DNA of 32,000 nt from Candidatus Helarchaeota ASGARD archaeon Hel_GB_B. Lineage in GTDB: Archaea > Asgardarchaeota > Lokiarchaeia > Helarchaeales > HEL-GB-B. Of this stretch, positions 17,186-26,704 are shown piece by piece. Location of the stretch: contig SUPR01000007.1 in NCBI GenBank assembly GCA_005191425.1, positions 27,107 to 59,106 of the forward strand, given 5' to 3'. A model generated the notes under the pieces. It saw nothing but the letters and a program-made list of their open reading frames with translations, was not told the origin of the DNA and searched no databases. Within the stretch, counting starts at the first letter, position 1. Each line of letters starts with the position of its first letter. The translations under genes were made by a program, and so were the position numbers.

Positions 17186-19531
17186 TTATTTTTTCTTTTT
17201 TATTAATCTAGGCAAGTTTGTTGGGTCTGGAATAGATTTTTCCTTCCAACCTTTTTCTTTCAACATTTTCATTATTTCTGATTTAAAGGTCAGTGGGATA
17301 TCTGCTTCTACTCTGATAAACTTCCATACATCGTCTGGCATAGTACCATATATCTTTTTATGTAAGTCTATCCAGTGTGTCAATTTTACTGCTCTACCTT
17401 TAAAGTTGTCAGCAGGTCTTATACATAATTTTGCAGCCATTACAGTTGCCTCATCAATTGTTTCACATGACATTATCAAATTTTCAGGTGCAGGTCCAAT
17501 TTTGAATTTTTCTCCAGTTCTTGCATCATGAATAAACCAAGCATCTTCATTATAGGTTTTACCAAGGTATTGTCTTCTATATTTTGATCCATGCGGGCCA
17601 ACAATTGCTGGGACTCCAAAAGCATTGAACCCAGTTGCAATTGAGGCAGCCTTCTGAGACATAGCGCCCCATGATATACCAACAGCACCAATCCTATTGA
17701 GTATATAATCTGCAATTTCTTCGAAATTTCCTCTTAGATTTCTTCTTGCAAATATACTCGCTACTTTAATACAAGCTCCTGAGATATGCGCATTTGACAC
17801 ACAGGAACCTATATTACAAAGGCCTCCTGCATCGAAAACACCTGGATATTTTTCATATAAGGTGAGTCCATCTTCAGTTCTGTATCGACCAAGATCCATA
17901 GCATGACACCCTGTCGCAACTACAATATATCTTCTTTTTAAGAACTCTTCAGCTAGTCTTGCCACTTCCATATTACCATTTGGTAAATTTCCACACCCAA
18001 TAAGAGCTATAATACCTGGTATTTCGCCAAGGACTAATGGAGCTCCAACAGCTCTAATTTCAGTATCCTTTACAGGGCCTCTTCCAGCTCTAATCTTCCA
18101 TTTTTCATTTCTAACATTTTTCTGCCACGATTGAATTATCATTCCAGTAACTGGGATTCCATTTGGACATGCGTCTTCGCAACGGCCACAAGCCAAACAC
18201 GATTCATATAATCCTTCAAGTTTGGTAAAATCACCTGATTGAGCAGCAATTACTGCTTCTGTTGTATAAAGGTTATTTGGACATGCTCTTTGACAATTAA
18301 AGCAACCTGAACATTTCTTTGCAATTTCGATCATTTCTTTATCAGTTGGAAGATTTCTTTGTTTCTTTCTTATTGGGAACATTTTTTCAACTGTTTTAAC
18401 AGCAACTCTTGAAGCTTTTTCAGTATCGAAAATTAAGACAGCATCTCTTTTTCCGGCTACAAGTTCTTCTACTAATTTATCTTCATCTTCATGAGTACTA
18501 TCTGGAAGTCCATGACATGCTTTTTCATTCCATGCAATTACTCTTGCATTAATTGCTTTGGCTTCTTCAATAATATCTGTTCTAATACATTGTTCATCAA
18601 CCATAATAACATCTGGAAGTCCTGACCTTACAATTCTTAATTGATAAGTAATTGGTCCAATAATTTTGGCACCAAAATCATATCTAGTACTATCAAGTGC
18701 AGTGCAGCAGATTCCACCAAGTTCAATTGTTCCATACTTGCCTGTTTCCTTTAAATAATCGACAATTTCTATTGCTCCTGCAACATTATGTCCTATTAAT
18801 AATAAGAAAGGCTTATCTTTATCGATTACTCCTAGTCCTAGATCTACTAATGGTGCGTCTTCATCTCCCTTAGGGAAATTATAGGCAACTATTTGAACTA
18901 AATCTGCGACTTCCATTCCCACGTGGTCGTAAACTGATACGAGCAAAGCTTTTGCTTCATAATCTATTGCAGCGCTCTCTTGTCCAGTGTGAGTACTTGC
19001 AAGTGTGTGCATAATTTCAGTTTCAGTTTGATTTAACGCTACTTCTAAATCTTTTATTATTCTTGGTTTAATTCCAATAACGGTTCTGACAACAGGAGCT
19101 TCTAATTCAATTTCAGTTCCCATATCTATAGGAACATTTCGACCAAATTTTTCAATCAAATGATGTAATAAATGTCTTGAATGACCACAATGACAGCTAG
19201 CCCCTATACAGCAAGCTATAGTAACAAATCTTGCTTGTTGAGTAGGAAGAGTTAAGCCACAAGCACCGTGTTTTTCACGGCTAAGATCACATTTTCCAAA
19301 AGTACATAAGCAACAATAATCGCAAACTGGTGCATAGAATGGAGGATATCTTCTTAAAAGAATGTGAAACCAATTTCTCAAATCGACCAGTTCTGGCATT
19401 GGATGCGGCCCTTGAGGTTCTTCAGTCCATTCTTCTACTGGAAGTTCTCGTATATTAATTTGCAGACCTTTTACTTTTATATTTGGTGTAGATAGTGAAT
19501 CAAATTTAAAAGTTGCACTTTCTTTAGCCAA
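17186..19531 (-). CDS. cdhA: Ni-CO dehydrogenase, ACDS alpha subunit
   Basis: CDYCCLCTFGKC, CCIGASCH, GHN, GGICCT and DEQC, two extra ferredoxin motifs (CSGCFNCQRACP, CLACGRCEDACP), GCGN, TGC, GSCVSN, and SQKA. TTG start. Confidence 0.97.
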   Translation of the reverse strand: MAKESATFKFDSLSTPNIKVKGLQINIRELPVEEWTEEPQGPHPMPELVDLRNWFHILLRRYPPFYAPVCDYCCLCTFGKCDLSREKHGACGLTLPTQQARFVTIACCIGASCHCGHSRHLLHHLIEKFGRNVPIDMGTEIELEAPVVRTVIGIKPRIIKDLEVALNQTETEIMHTLASTHTGQESAAIDYEAKALLVSVYDHVGMEVADLVQIVAYNFPKGDEDAPLVDLGLGVIDKDKPFLLLIGHNVAGAIEIVDYLKETGKYGTIELGGICCTALDSTRYDFGAKIIGPITYQLRIVRSGLPDVIMVDEQCIRTDIIEEAKAINARVIAWNEKACHGLPDSTHEDEDKLVEELVAGKRDAVLIFDTEKASRVAVKTVEKMFPIRKKQRNLPTDKEMIEIAKKCSGCFNCQRACPNNLYTTEAVIAAQSGDFTKLEGLYESCLACGRCEDACPNGIPVTGMIIQSWQKNVRNEKWKIRAGRGPVKDTEIRAVGAPLVLGEIPGIIALIGCGNLPNGNMEVARLAEEFLKRRYIVVATGCHAMDLGRYRTEDGLTLYEKYPGVFDAGGLCNIGSCVSNAHISGACIKVASIFARRNLRGNFEEIADYILNRIGAVGISWGAMSQKAASIATGFNAFGVPAIVGPHGSKYRRQYLGKTYNEDAWFIHDARTGEKFKIGPAPENLIMSCETIDEATVMAAKLCIRPADNFKGRAVKLTHWIDLHKKIYGTMPDDVWKFIRVEADIPLTFKSEIMKMLKEKGWKEKSIPDPTNLPRLIKKKK

Positions 19532-19536
19532 TTAAA

Positions 19537-19543
19537 TCACTCC
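19537..19543 (-). promoter_or_regulatory. Shine-Dalgarno sequence (GGAGTGA) of cdhA
   Basis: GGAGTGA lies 5 nt upstream of the TTG start. Similar GGAG/GGTGA/GGAGG motifs precede all cdh genes. Confidence 0.75.
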
Positions 19544-20238
19544 ATATTTTTCAACTTTATTTTTAAAAATTTTATTATAACATTTATCCGATTTAGTGGA
19601 TTATTTAAAATTTTTTTCTCAAATGTTTAATCTGACAATTGTATCTTGTTTTTAATATTAATATTAATTTTCTGTCTAAAAATTCAACTAGAATTAATAA
19701 AAACTTTTCCGAAATTAGAGTGGAAGTGACTCGGTAATAAAGATGTTAATAATGTTTAATAGACTGCTTATTTACAAATTAAAATAGTAAAAAGCAATAA
19801 AAAACTAAATTATATAATTAAAAGTTCAATTAATAATAAATTTTTTTTATAAAATTTTCTTGAATAATTTAACGAGTTCAAGTTTTTTTAATAATTAAGA
19901 GTTACAATTATAAAATTTTAATCATTTAAATGCCATAAATTATAAAATACATGTTAAATTTTTTAGGTATAATTTTTCTAAAAATTATAACAAATTTATT
20001 AATAATGATATCTTAATAAAGCTGATTTCCATTAAAAAATAAGAAAAAATGGAGTTTATAGATATTAATTAAGTTTATAATTAATTATTTTTTTATTTTT
20101 TAGCGAGAATTTTTTGGTATAAATTATTTTTTTAATGAGTGGACTTAAATGAAATTAGTCAAAATAAATTAAGAATGAGTTATTAATTAATTTAATAAAT
20201 AAAAAGGATCAATTATAAAATTAATGTTAAAAAAAGAG

Positions 20239-20277
20239 TATTATAAAAAAAATCAAAATATTATAGATTTTTGATCC
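20239..20277. repeat. Copy 1 of an imperfect ~40-bp repeat with internal inverted arms (AAAAATC-N11-GATTTTT)
   Basis: TATTATAAAAAAAATCAAAATATTATAGATTTTTGATCC. The second copy is at 22501-22540. Confidence 0.4.
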
Positions 20278-20501
20278 TAATAATAAAGTGATAAACAATG
20301 GCTGTATATGAGAAAAAGAATGGATTATTGATAAGATTAGTGATAAAATTTTTTGATTTAATTGAACGGACTATAATGAGAAAAAGGATTTTTAGGTTAA
20401 TAATTATTATTTTGAATAAGTTTCGCATTTATTATATATTTAAATTAATAGATTTAAATTTATTGGAATTAAATGGGTAGATATATTTGAGATGATAAAA
20501 A

Positions 20502-22385
20502 ATGGTATATGGTTATATTGGAAAATATCTAAAAGTTGATTTAAGGACTGAATCAATTGAGGAATTTGAATTTGAAGAGGATATTTTAAAAAAATTTATT
20601 GGTGGATTAGGTTTAGGTGCATATATAGCTTATAAGGAGATTCCTGTTGGTGCGGATGGGCTCGATGAAGGAAATCTTTTGATTTTTATGACTGGGCCTA
20701 TAACTGCAAGTGGGGCGCCAGCATGTTCTCGATTTGAAGTAATTGCCAAATCTCCATTAAATAATTTTATAGGAGCTGCAAATGCTGGGGGTTTCTTTGG
20801 GCCGGAATTAAAGTTATCAGGTTACGATGGTATCATTTTTAAGAATAAAGCAAAAGAACCTGTTTTTTTAGTTATTAAGGACGGTGAAGCTTCTATAGAA
20901 GATGCCTCAAAATTATGGGGATTAGATACATATGAAACCGAAGATAAAATTTTCGAAATGATGGGTGATAAAACTTATAAAATTGCATCAATTGGCCCCG
21001 CTGGTGAAAAGCTTGTTAAATTTGCTTCTATAATGAACGACAGGGGTCGTGCATTAGGTCGGTTGGGTTTAGGTGCAGTAATGGGGTCAAAAAATTTGAA
21101 GGCAATTGCGTGTAAAAAGAAAAAAGGAGTTAAAGTACCCATTTATAATAGCAAGAAATTTAGAGAAATAAGTAGATCTATAAATAAAAAATTCAAAGAA
21201 AATTTTCTTATGAAATTTTTTTCTACTTATGGCACACCAATTTTTATTTCAATGGGTTCAATTTATGGAGATGTACCAGTTAAAAATTTTCAGAAAGAAT
21301 GGATGAAAAAATTCGATAAAATAACTGCTTCTGCGATGCTCCGCTCTATTTTAATAAAAAACAAGTCGTGTTATGGTTGTCCAATTGCATGTAAACGGCA
21401 CGTTAAAGTTGATATTCCAAAATATAAAGTTGGACCAGGTAGTGGGCCAGAATATGAAACATTAGCTTCATTGGGTGCTAATTGCATGGTCAATAATATT
21501 TATGCGATAGCAAAGGCTAATGAATTGTGTAATAGATATGGACTAGATACGATTTCTATGGGCGGTGTTGTTGCATTTGCAATGGAAGCATTTGAAAAAG
21601 GAATAATTTCTCAAGAGGAATTAGGCTTCGAATTAAAATGGGGCGACGCAGATGCTATGCTAAAATTAATTAATGAAATTGTAGAGAGAAAAGGAATAGC
21701 CAAAAATTTAGGAGAAGGAACAAAGAAATTTGCCATGGAAAATGGTGAGAAAGCATTATATTTTACAGTAGAAGTTAAGGGACTTGAAATACCAATGCAC
21801 GAGCCTCGAGCAAATTTAACAATGGCTTTAAATTACGCTACTCACCCACTAGGCGCTAAACATACGACAGCTGGGATTTCTATTCTTTATATGTTTGAGA
21901 TACCAAATCCAGAACTTGATTTTACTCCAAAATTAAATTTACATACATTAAATAGACTATCTCCAATTGGAAAAGCTAAAGCTTGTATTAGCGCTCAAAA
22001 TTTTCATAGTATGCTTGACTCCCTTCCGTTTTGTTTGAATGCTTTTTCCGTTCCTATTATTTCGCTTAGATACGTATCTGTTTTTACAGCATTGTTGACA
22101 GGTTGGAAACAAAATTTTAACAAAATTTTCCTAAAAACCGGCGAAAGAATATTTAACTTGTTAAGAGCATTTAATCTTAAACATGGCGCAAAGAGAGAAG
22201 ATGATTACCTCCCTCCAAGGATCTTAAATGAGCCATTACCTCAAAGCTTGGGAAAAGCTGACACAATTGACCTCAACCCGATGTTAAAGGAATATTATAA
22301 ACTTCGAGGTTGGGATTATGAAACTGGAAAAATTAAAAAAGAAAAATTAGAAGAACTTGAATTAGATGATATAATTAAATTATAA
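20502..22385 (+). CDS. aor: Aldehyde:ferredoxin oxidoreductase (tungstopterin, AOR family)
   Basis: GYIGKYLKVDL, FIGGLGLG, KSPL, GGFFGPELK, IGPAGE, GRLGLGAVMGSKNLKAI, SCYGCPIAC, PEYET, and CNRYGLDTIS. Confidence 0.93.
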   Translation: MVYGYIGKYLKVDLRTESIEEFEFEEDILKKFIGGLGLGAYIAYKEIPVGADGLDEGNLLIFMTGPITASGAPACSRFEVIAKSPLNNFIGAANAGGFFGPELKLSGYDGIIFKNKAKEPVFLVIKDGEASIEDASKLWGLDTYETEDKIFEMMGDKTYKIASIGPAGEKLVKFASIMNDRGRALGRLGLGAVMGSKNLKAIACKKKKGVKVPIYNSKKFREISRSINKKFKENFLMKFFSTYGTPIFISMGSIYGDVPVKNFQKEWMKKFDKITASAMLRSILIKNKSCYGCPIACKRHVKVDIPKYKVGPGSGPEYETLASLGANCMVNNIYAIAKANELCNRYGLDTISMGGVVAFAMEAFEKGIISQEELGFELKWGDADAMLKLINEIVERKGIAKNLGEGTKKFAMENGEKALYFTVEVKGLEIPMHEPRANLTMALNYATHPLGAKHTTAGISILYMFEIPNPELDFTPKLNLHTLNRLSPIGKAKACISAQNFHSMLDSLPFCLNAFSVPIISLRYVSVFTALLTGWKQNFNKIFLKTGERIFNLLRAFNLKHGAKREDDYLPPRILNEPLPQSLGKADTIDLNPMLKEYYKLRGWDYETGKIKKEKLEELELDDIIKL

Positions 22386-22404
22386 TTGAAAATTCCTTAT
22401 ATTT

Positions 22405-22480
22405 GGGCTGGTAGATCAGTTGGTAGATCGTCAGGTTCGCACCCTGAAGGCCCCGGATTCGAATTCCGGCCAGTCCACCA
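22405..22480 (+). tRNA. tRNA-Ala(CGC) with encoded CCA
   Basis: Acceptor GGGCTGG/CCAGTCC carries the G3:U70 Ala determinant. D-stem GATC/GATC. Anticodon stem TCAGG/CCTGA with loop TT-CGC-AC. T-arm CCGGA-TTCGAAT-TCCGG, then A-CCA followed by a T-run. Confidence 0.96.
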
Positions 22481-22500
22481 TTTTTAAAAGATATCGAACT

Positions 22501-22540
22501 TATTATAAAAAAATCGGACAAATTATAGATTTTTCAATCC
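22501..22540. repeat. Copy 2 of the imperfect ~40-bp repeat (AAAAATC-N12-GATTTTT)
   Basis: TATTATAAAAAAATCGGACAAATTATAGATTTTTCAATCC shares the blocks TATTATAAAAAAA, ATTATAGATTTTT and ATCC with 20239-20277. Confidence 0.4.
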
Positions 22541-22603
22541 ATTTTATATTCGTTTTAGATTAAAAAATTAAAATAATCGAATAGAAACAAAAAGAAGAAA
22601 AAT

Positions 22604-25015
22604 TTATGATTCTCCTATTGTTTTTTCAAATAATTCTTTTATATTGGGTTTAATAGACTTAAAATGCTGAATTATTTTTGGTTTCCATGACTGTGGATCT
22701 GGGTACATACGATTTTTATACGTAAATGGTGTTGGAATTTCTTCTGATATTTCTTTTCCTTCTTGAGCTTTTCTTTTTCTAATATTTTCAATTACTTGAT
22801 ATTGCATATTTTTTGGTAGCATCTTAAATTTTAGGAATTGATAGCCAAAAATTGCTCTACCTTCAGTAGCAGACCTAATTTCATCAGCAAGTCCAATACC
22901 ACCTTCACTTTTAACTGCCTCGCTGGTCGGAATTTCTCCTTCGATTTCGACTGATTCTCCCATCTGTTTAATATTATTTATTTTACCTCTGTGCTGGTTA
23001 ATTATACCCATTACATTACCTTGAAAATTAGTAGGGACTTTTATATCTATTCGTAATATTGGTTCAAACAGAGCTGGATTAGCACACAGAAATGCTATAT
23101 TTAAAGCAGAGAACATCATAACGAAAATTTGTCCTGCTCTAGTGTGAGTTGGGTCTTCATGGACAACTGCATCTGTAATCACAACTTTTAAGCCCATAAC
23201 TGGTTCCTTAGCGATTGAAGCAGCAAAACAAAAGTCTCTAAAAGTTGAAATTAGATATGATTTAATTCTATCAAGTCTTTGGACTCCTATTGTGCCATTA
23301 ATTAGCATATTATCTCCTTCAATTGCCCAAACTCTTCTTGCTTCTTTTCTATCCCAGCCTGCAGTTTCTCTAAGAATTTGTGCTCTAACTTTTTCGTCTT
23401 GATATTCTTTAACTTTACCATTTTTGATTAATTTAATTGTCTCTTCATTTAATGGTTCAACATATAATTTTAATTTGTTATGTCCTTCAGTACATTTGGT
23501 ATTAACTTCTAAACTTCGAGTTGTTGCAGCTTCATGGTAAACTGTAATTGGTGTTCCTATTTTGATAGGTACTTCTTCTTGAATTCGTTCAACTAGAATT
23601 TCGATTTGAAGTGGGTCTATACCACTTAAAATATATTCGCCACTCTCTTCATCTTTTCTAAATGTGGCAGTAGGGTCTGCCATAACCCATTTACCTACAA
23701 CATCACCTAATTTGCCCAGATTTTTTGGATCGACTGGTTTGATGCTTCTAGAAACAACAGGGTCTGAAACATAAACTATTTCCTCAAATCCTGGTATACC
23801 TTCTTTATCATCTAAATTTACAAATGTTTCACCAGCAGGGATCATTTCGGGTAATTCCATTGCAAATAAATTTCCAGCAGGGACTTCATCGACTTGTAAT
23901 AAGCTATCTATTTCCATTACACCAAGTCGTCTTACTCGAGCTGTCTTCTTAGAATTTAATAAAAAAATTGTATCTCCTTGTTTAAGAGTCCCACTCCAGA
24001 CTCGCCCAATTAATGTGGGGCGTTTTGACCTTGGATGAATAAATATTTTTGTTATCATCCCTAAAAGTGGCCCATTTCTGTTAATATTAATCAGAGAATA
24101 TGCTGTATATGCTTCTTTATCATCTTTAATTGATTCGACATCTTCAATATTTAGTCCTTTCTTAATATCCCCACTCCATAATTTATACATTCGATATTTC
24201 TGAGCTTCAATTGGACTGGGTAATTGTGTAATTATAACTTCTAATAACGCTTCATCTAGCGGTAAATATTCTTTTAACCATTTAATAGGTGTCTTATCAT
24301 CGGTTTCTAAAGCTTCTTTATATTTTTCTAATACTATTTTCGCAGATAACCCCTTTTTCTTTAATAATGGAATTGTAAATGCCCATCCATCTTTTGCTGA
24401 ACCAAAAACAACTTGCCCCTTATTAGGATCAACCTTCCACTTCCCTTTAAAAGGTTTAGGCGTAGAATTTTCAATATATCTATTCACTTCTGTTATTATT
24501 TCACCAAATTTCGAAGTAATTTGATCTGGGGGTAATTTCTTTTCCATAATAAGTCTGTCTACTTTATTTATGAATAAAACTGGTTTACACCATTCATCTC
24601 CTAAAGCTAACTGAATATTTGTTATTGTTTGTGTCATAACACCTTCTAACGCATCGACTAATATCACAGCGCCATCTGACCCCCTTAAAGCTCTTGAAAC
24701 TTCGCCAGTAAAACTTATATGGCCTGGTGTGTCATTAATTTCTAATAAATATGATTTTCCATCATATTCATAATTTAAAAGAACAACTGAGGTAAATATA
24801 GTAATACCTCGTTCTTGCTCTTCTTCATCGGAATCTGTTAGACGTCTCTGCCCATCTAAATCTCTACTCATTAGACCTGCTCGACTCATTAAATAATCAC
24901 ATGCAGTAGATTTTCCATGATCTATATGTGCAATTATACTGAATATTCTCCGGAGATCTAATGGATGTTCCTTTATCATTTTTTCAATTTCTTCTGCATT
25001 TTTTATTTTAACCAT
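22604..25015 (-). CDS. Divergent elongation factor 2 family GTPase (probable aEF-2 paralog)
   Basis: AHIDHGKST, EQERGITI, DTPGHISF, NKVD, and EF-2 domains II-V. The domain IV loop reads HEDPTHTRAGQ instead of HEDxxHRGxxQ. It has a C-terminal extension and no flanking ribosomal protein S7/S12 genes. Confidence 0.9.
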   Translation of the reverse strand: MVKIKNAEEIEKMIKEHPLDLRRIFSIIAHIDHGKSTACDYLMSRAGLMSRDLDGQRRLTDSDEEEQERGITIFTSVVLLNYEYDGKSYLLEINDTPGHISFTGEVSRALRGSDGAVILVDALEGVMTQTITNIQLALGDEWCKPVLFINKVDRLIMEKKLPPDQITSKFGEIITEVNRYIENSTPKPFKGKWKVDPNKGQVVFGSAKDGWAFTIPLLKKKGLSAKIVLEKYKEALETDDKTPIKWLKEYLPLDEALLEVIITQLPSPIEAQKYRMYKLWSGDIKKGLNIEDVESIKDDKEAYTAYSLININRNGPLLGMITKIFIHPRSKRPTLIGRVWSGTLKQGDTIFLLNSKKTARVRRLGVMEIDSLLQVDEVPAGNLFAMELPEMIPAGETFVNLDDKEGIPGFEEIVYVSDPVVSRSIKPVDPKNLGKLGDVVGKWVMADPTATFRKDEESGEYILSGIDPLQIEILVERIQEEVPIKIGTPITVYHEAATTRSLEVNTKCTEGHNKLKLYVEPLNEETIKLIKNGKVKEYQDEKVRAQILRETAGWDRKEARRVWAIEGDNMLINGTIGVQRLDRIKSYLISTFRDFCFAASIAKEPVMGLKVVITDAVVHEDPTHTRAGQIFVMMFSALNIAFLCANPALFEPILRIDIKVPTNFQGNVMGIINQHRGKINNIKQMGESVEIEGEIPTSEAVKSEGGIGLADEIRSATEGRAIFGYQFLKFKMLPKNMQYQVIENIRKRKAQEGKEISEEIPTPFTYKNRMYPDPQSWKPKIIQHFKSIKPNIKELFEKTIGES

Positions 25016-25272
25016 TAGTGATCACTTCACTTTTGGAATAATTCATAATATTTTTTAGAACCATTCTGTATTAATTTACTCAAAAAGAGTTAATGATCTT
25101 AAAATTATTTTATCATCCAAATCTTGGATGATTTACGAATTTATTATCTATAAATATTTAACTTTACTCTAACTTTATTTATTTTAAAAGTTTACGGATA
25201 TTCATAATGTATGTAAAATTTAAGATAAATTTTAATCATATATAAATAAATTTATTATTGACCAGATAGAAA

Positions 25273-26049
25273 ATGACAGATAAATTTACAAGAATTGTAT
25301 ATAATGTTATAAAAGATGCAGATATTATAATCGAAGTACTGGATGCAAGAAATCCTTTAGGTACAAGATCGAATAGATTAGAAATCTTAATTAACCAATA
25401 TCAAAATAAAAAATTAGTACTACTTTTAAATAAAGCAGATTTAATTCCAAGTGAAATTTTACATCAATGGATAAGATTTCTGTCAAAAGAATACCCAGTA
25501 TTTTATACAAGTGATCGTTATGGATTTCAAAATTCTATAAGATTCTTGAAGAAAAATATTCTTAAATTAACAAAAAAAAGGCCGGTTCGGGTCTGTTTAG
25601 TCGGATATCCTAATGTAGGAAAAAGTTCCATTATAAATGCACTCAGAAAGAAAAAAGTAGCTCCAACATCTCCTCTAGCTGGATTTACTCATGGAAAAAA
25701 ATATATAAAACTTGCTAAAGGTGACATTTTTTTGATTGACACTCCTGGAGTAATTCCATTTGATGAAGAATCTGAAGTTGAACTTGTATTAAGAGGCGCG
25801 ATTAGACCTGATAAGATTTACCATCTTTTAGATGCTGTTGATAAAATTCTCTCAATTGTTAGTAAAGATGAATTATTTAATAAATATGGTATAAACTATA
25901 CGAATACTAACGAATTCCTCGAAAAAATGGCATATAAAAGAGGTAGACTTGGTGCAAAAGGAATTGCTGATATCAAATCTGCTGCTAAAATATTAATAAA
26001 TGATTTTCAACGTGGTAGGATAAAGTATTATTTTGATCCTCCTAAATAA
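25273..26049 (+). CDS. Circularly permuted ribosome-biogenesis GTPase (RbgA/YlqF/Lsg1/Nug family)
   Basis: EVLDARNP, NKAD (G4) precedes GYPNVGKSS (G1), T (G2) and DTPG (G3). C-terminal KRGRL...D...AAK.LINDFQRG. Confidence 0.92.
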   Translation: MTDKFTRIVYNVIKDADIIIEVLDARNPLGTRSNRLEILINQYQNKKLVLLLNKADLIPSEILHQWIRFLSKEYPVFYTSDRYGFQNSIRFLKKNILKLTKKRPVRVCLVGYPNVGKSSIINALRKKKVAPTSPLAGFTHGKKYIKLAKGDIFLIDTPGVIPFDEESEVELVLRGAIRPDKIYHLLDAVDKILSIVSKDELFNKYGINYTNTNEFLEKMAYKRGRLGAKGIADIKSAAKILINDFQRGRIKYYFDPPK

Positions 26050-26083
26050 ATTTAAAGTATTTATTTGATGGATAATATTATTA

Positions 26084-26125
26084 TGGATTTAAATGAATAA
26101 TTAATTGTGGATTTAAATGAATAAT
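26084..26125 (+). repeat. Perfect 18-bp direct repeat (TGGATTTAAATGAATAAT x2, 24-bp period) overlapping the GNAT start codon
   Basis: Copies at 26084-26101 and 26108-26125. Confidence 0.8.
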
Positions 26126-26584
26126 GAATATTTGGATTTTGAAATTGATGTAACTAAATTGAAATTACCTGATCATCCACCAATTCCTAATTTAAAGATA
26201 GTTATTTTCGATGAAACTTATAGTCCAAATAATTTAATAGACATTTTTGTAAAAATTTTTCCAGACGAAATTAATTCGGAAAAAGAAAATGAGTTTAGGC
26301 ATTCCAAACGGAAAAAATACGAAGGCACTTATATTGCACTAATCAATGAAAAAATTATTGGTTTTTTAATCACTGGGATTCTTACATTTAATGACCCACT
26401 TGGCTATATTTTATATTTGGGTGTTTTAAAAAATTTTAGAAGTAAAGGTATTGCAACAGAATTATTAAAAAGGTTTAAATTAGACCTGAATAAAAAAGGT
26501 GTTTCTAAAATACAAGCTCGGATAAAAAAAGATAATTTTTTAGTACTAAAATACATTAATTATTTAGGTTTTAAGCAATTATAA
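26117..26584 (+). CDS. GNAT-family N-acetyltransferase
   Basis: IIGFLIT strand, YILYLGVLKNFRSKGIATELL (motif A, RxxGxA), and N..V.KY...LGF (motif B). Confidence 0.88.
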   Translation: MNNEYLDFEIDVTKLKLPDHPPIPNLKIVIFDETYSPNNLIDIFVKIFPDEINSEKENEFRHSKRKKYEGTYIALINEKIIGFLITGILTFNDPLGYILYLGVLKNFRSKGIATELLKRFKLDLNKKGVSKIQARIKKDNFLVLKYINYLGFKQL

Positions 26585-26623
26585 ATGATCTAACAAAATA
26601 ATCTTTATTGGATAAATTTTTTA

Positions 26624-26671
26624 TAAATATCCTCGTAAATATCTACATAAATACCTACATAAATATCTACA
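26624..26671 (+). repeat. Tandem 12-bp repeat, four copies, consensus TAAATATCTACA
   Basis: TAAATATCCTCG-TAAATATCTACA-TAAATACCTACA-TAAATATCTACA, ending about 33 nt upstream of ATG 26705. Confidence 0.85.
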
Positions 26672-26704
26672 ATCATTTACAAACAAAAATAAAATGTGAC
26701 TTTT

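Noticed and set aside
909-17715. Short overlapping ORFs in the track (e.g. 909-1337, 1009-1299, 3353-3622, 4017-4346, 4247-4621, 4685-4930, 5924-6154, 8516-8725, 8664-8882, 9564-9773, 10383-10565, 11634-12047, 12893-13246, 13686-14024, 15025-15255, 15403-15687, 16833-17039, 17139-17531, 17476-17715)
   Set aside because: They are antisense or alternate-frame shadows of well-supported genes and carry no recognisable motifs.
19590-20145. Replication origin suggested by three AGTGGA hexamers in the AT-rich spacer
   Set aside because: They match only part of the ORB consensus, with no G-string and no adjacent orc1/cdc6 gene.
20298-20480. 60-aa ORF upstream of aor
   Set aside because: Composition is what AT-rich intergenic DNA yields by chance (I/K/F/L/N), with no motif or convincing RBS. 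It cannot be fully excluded.
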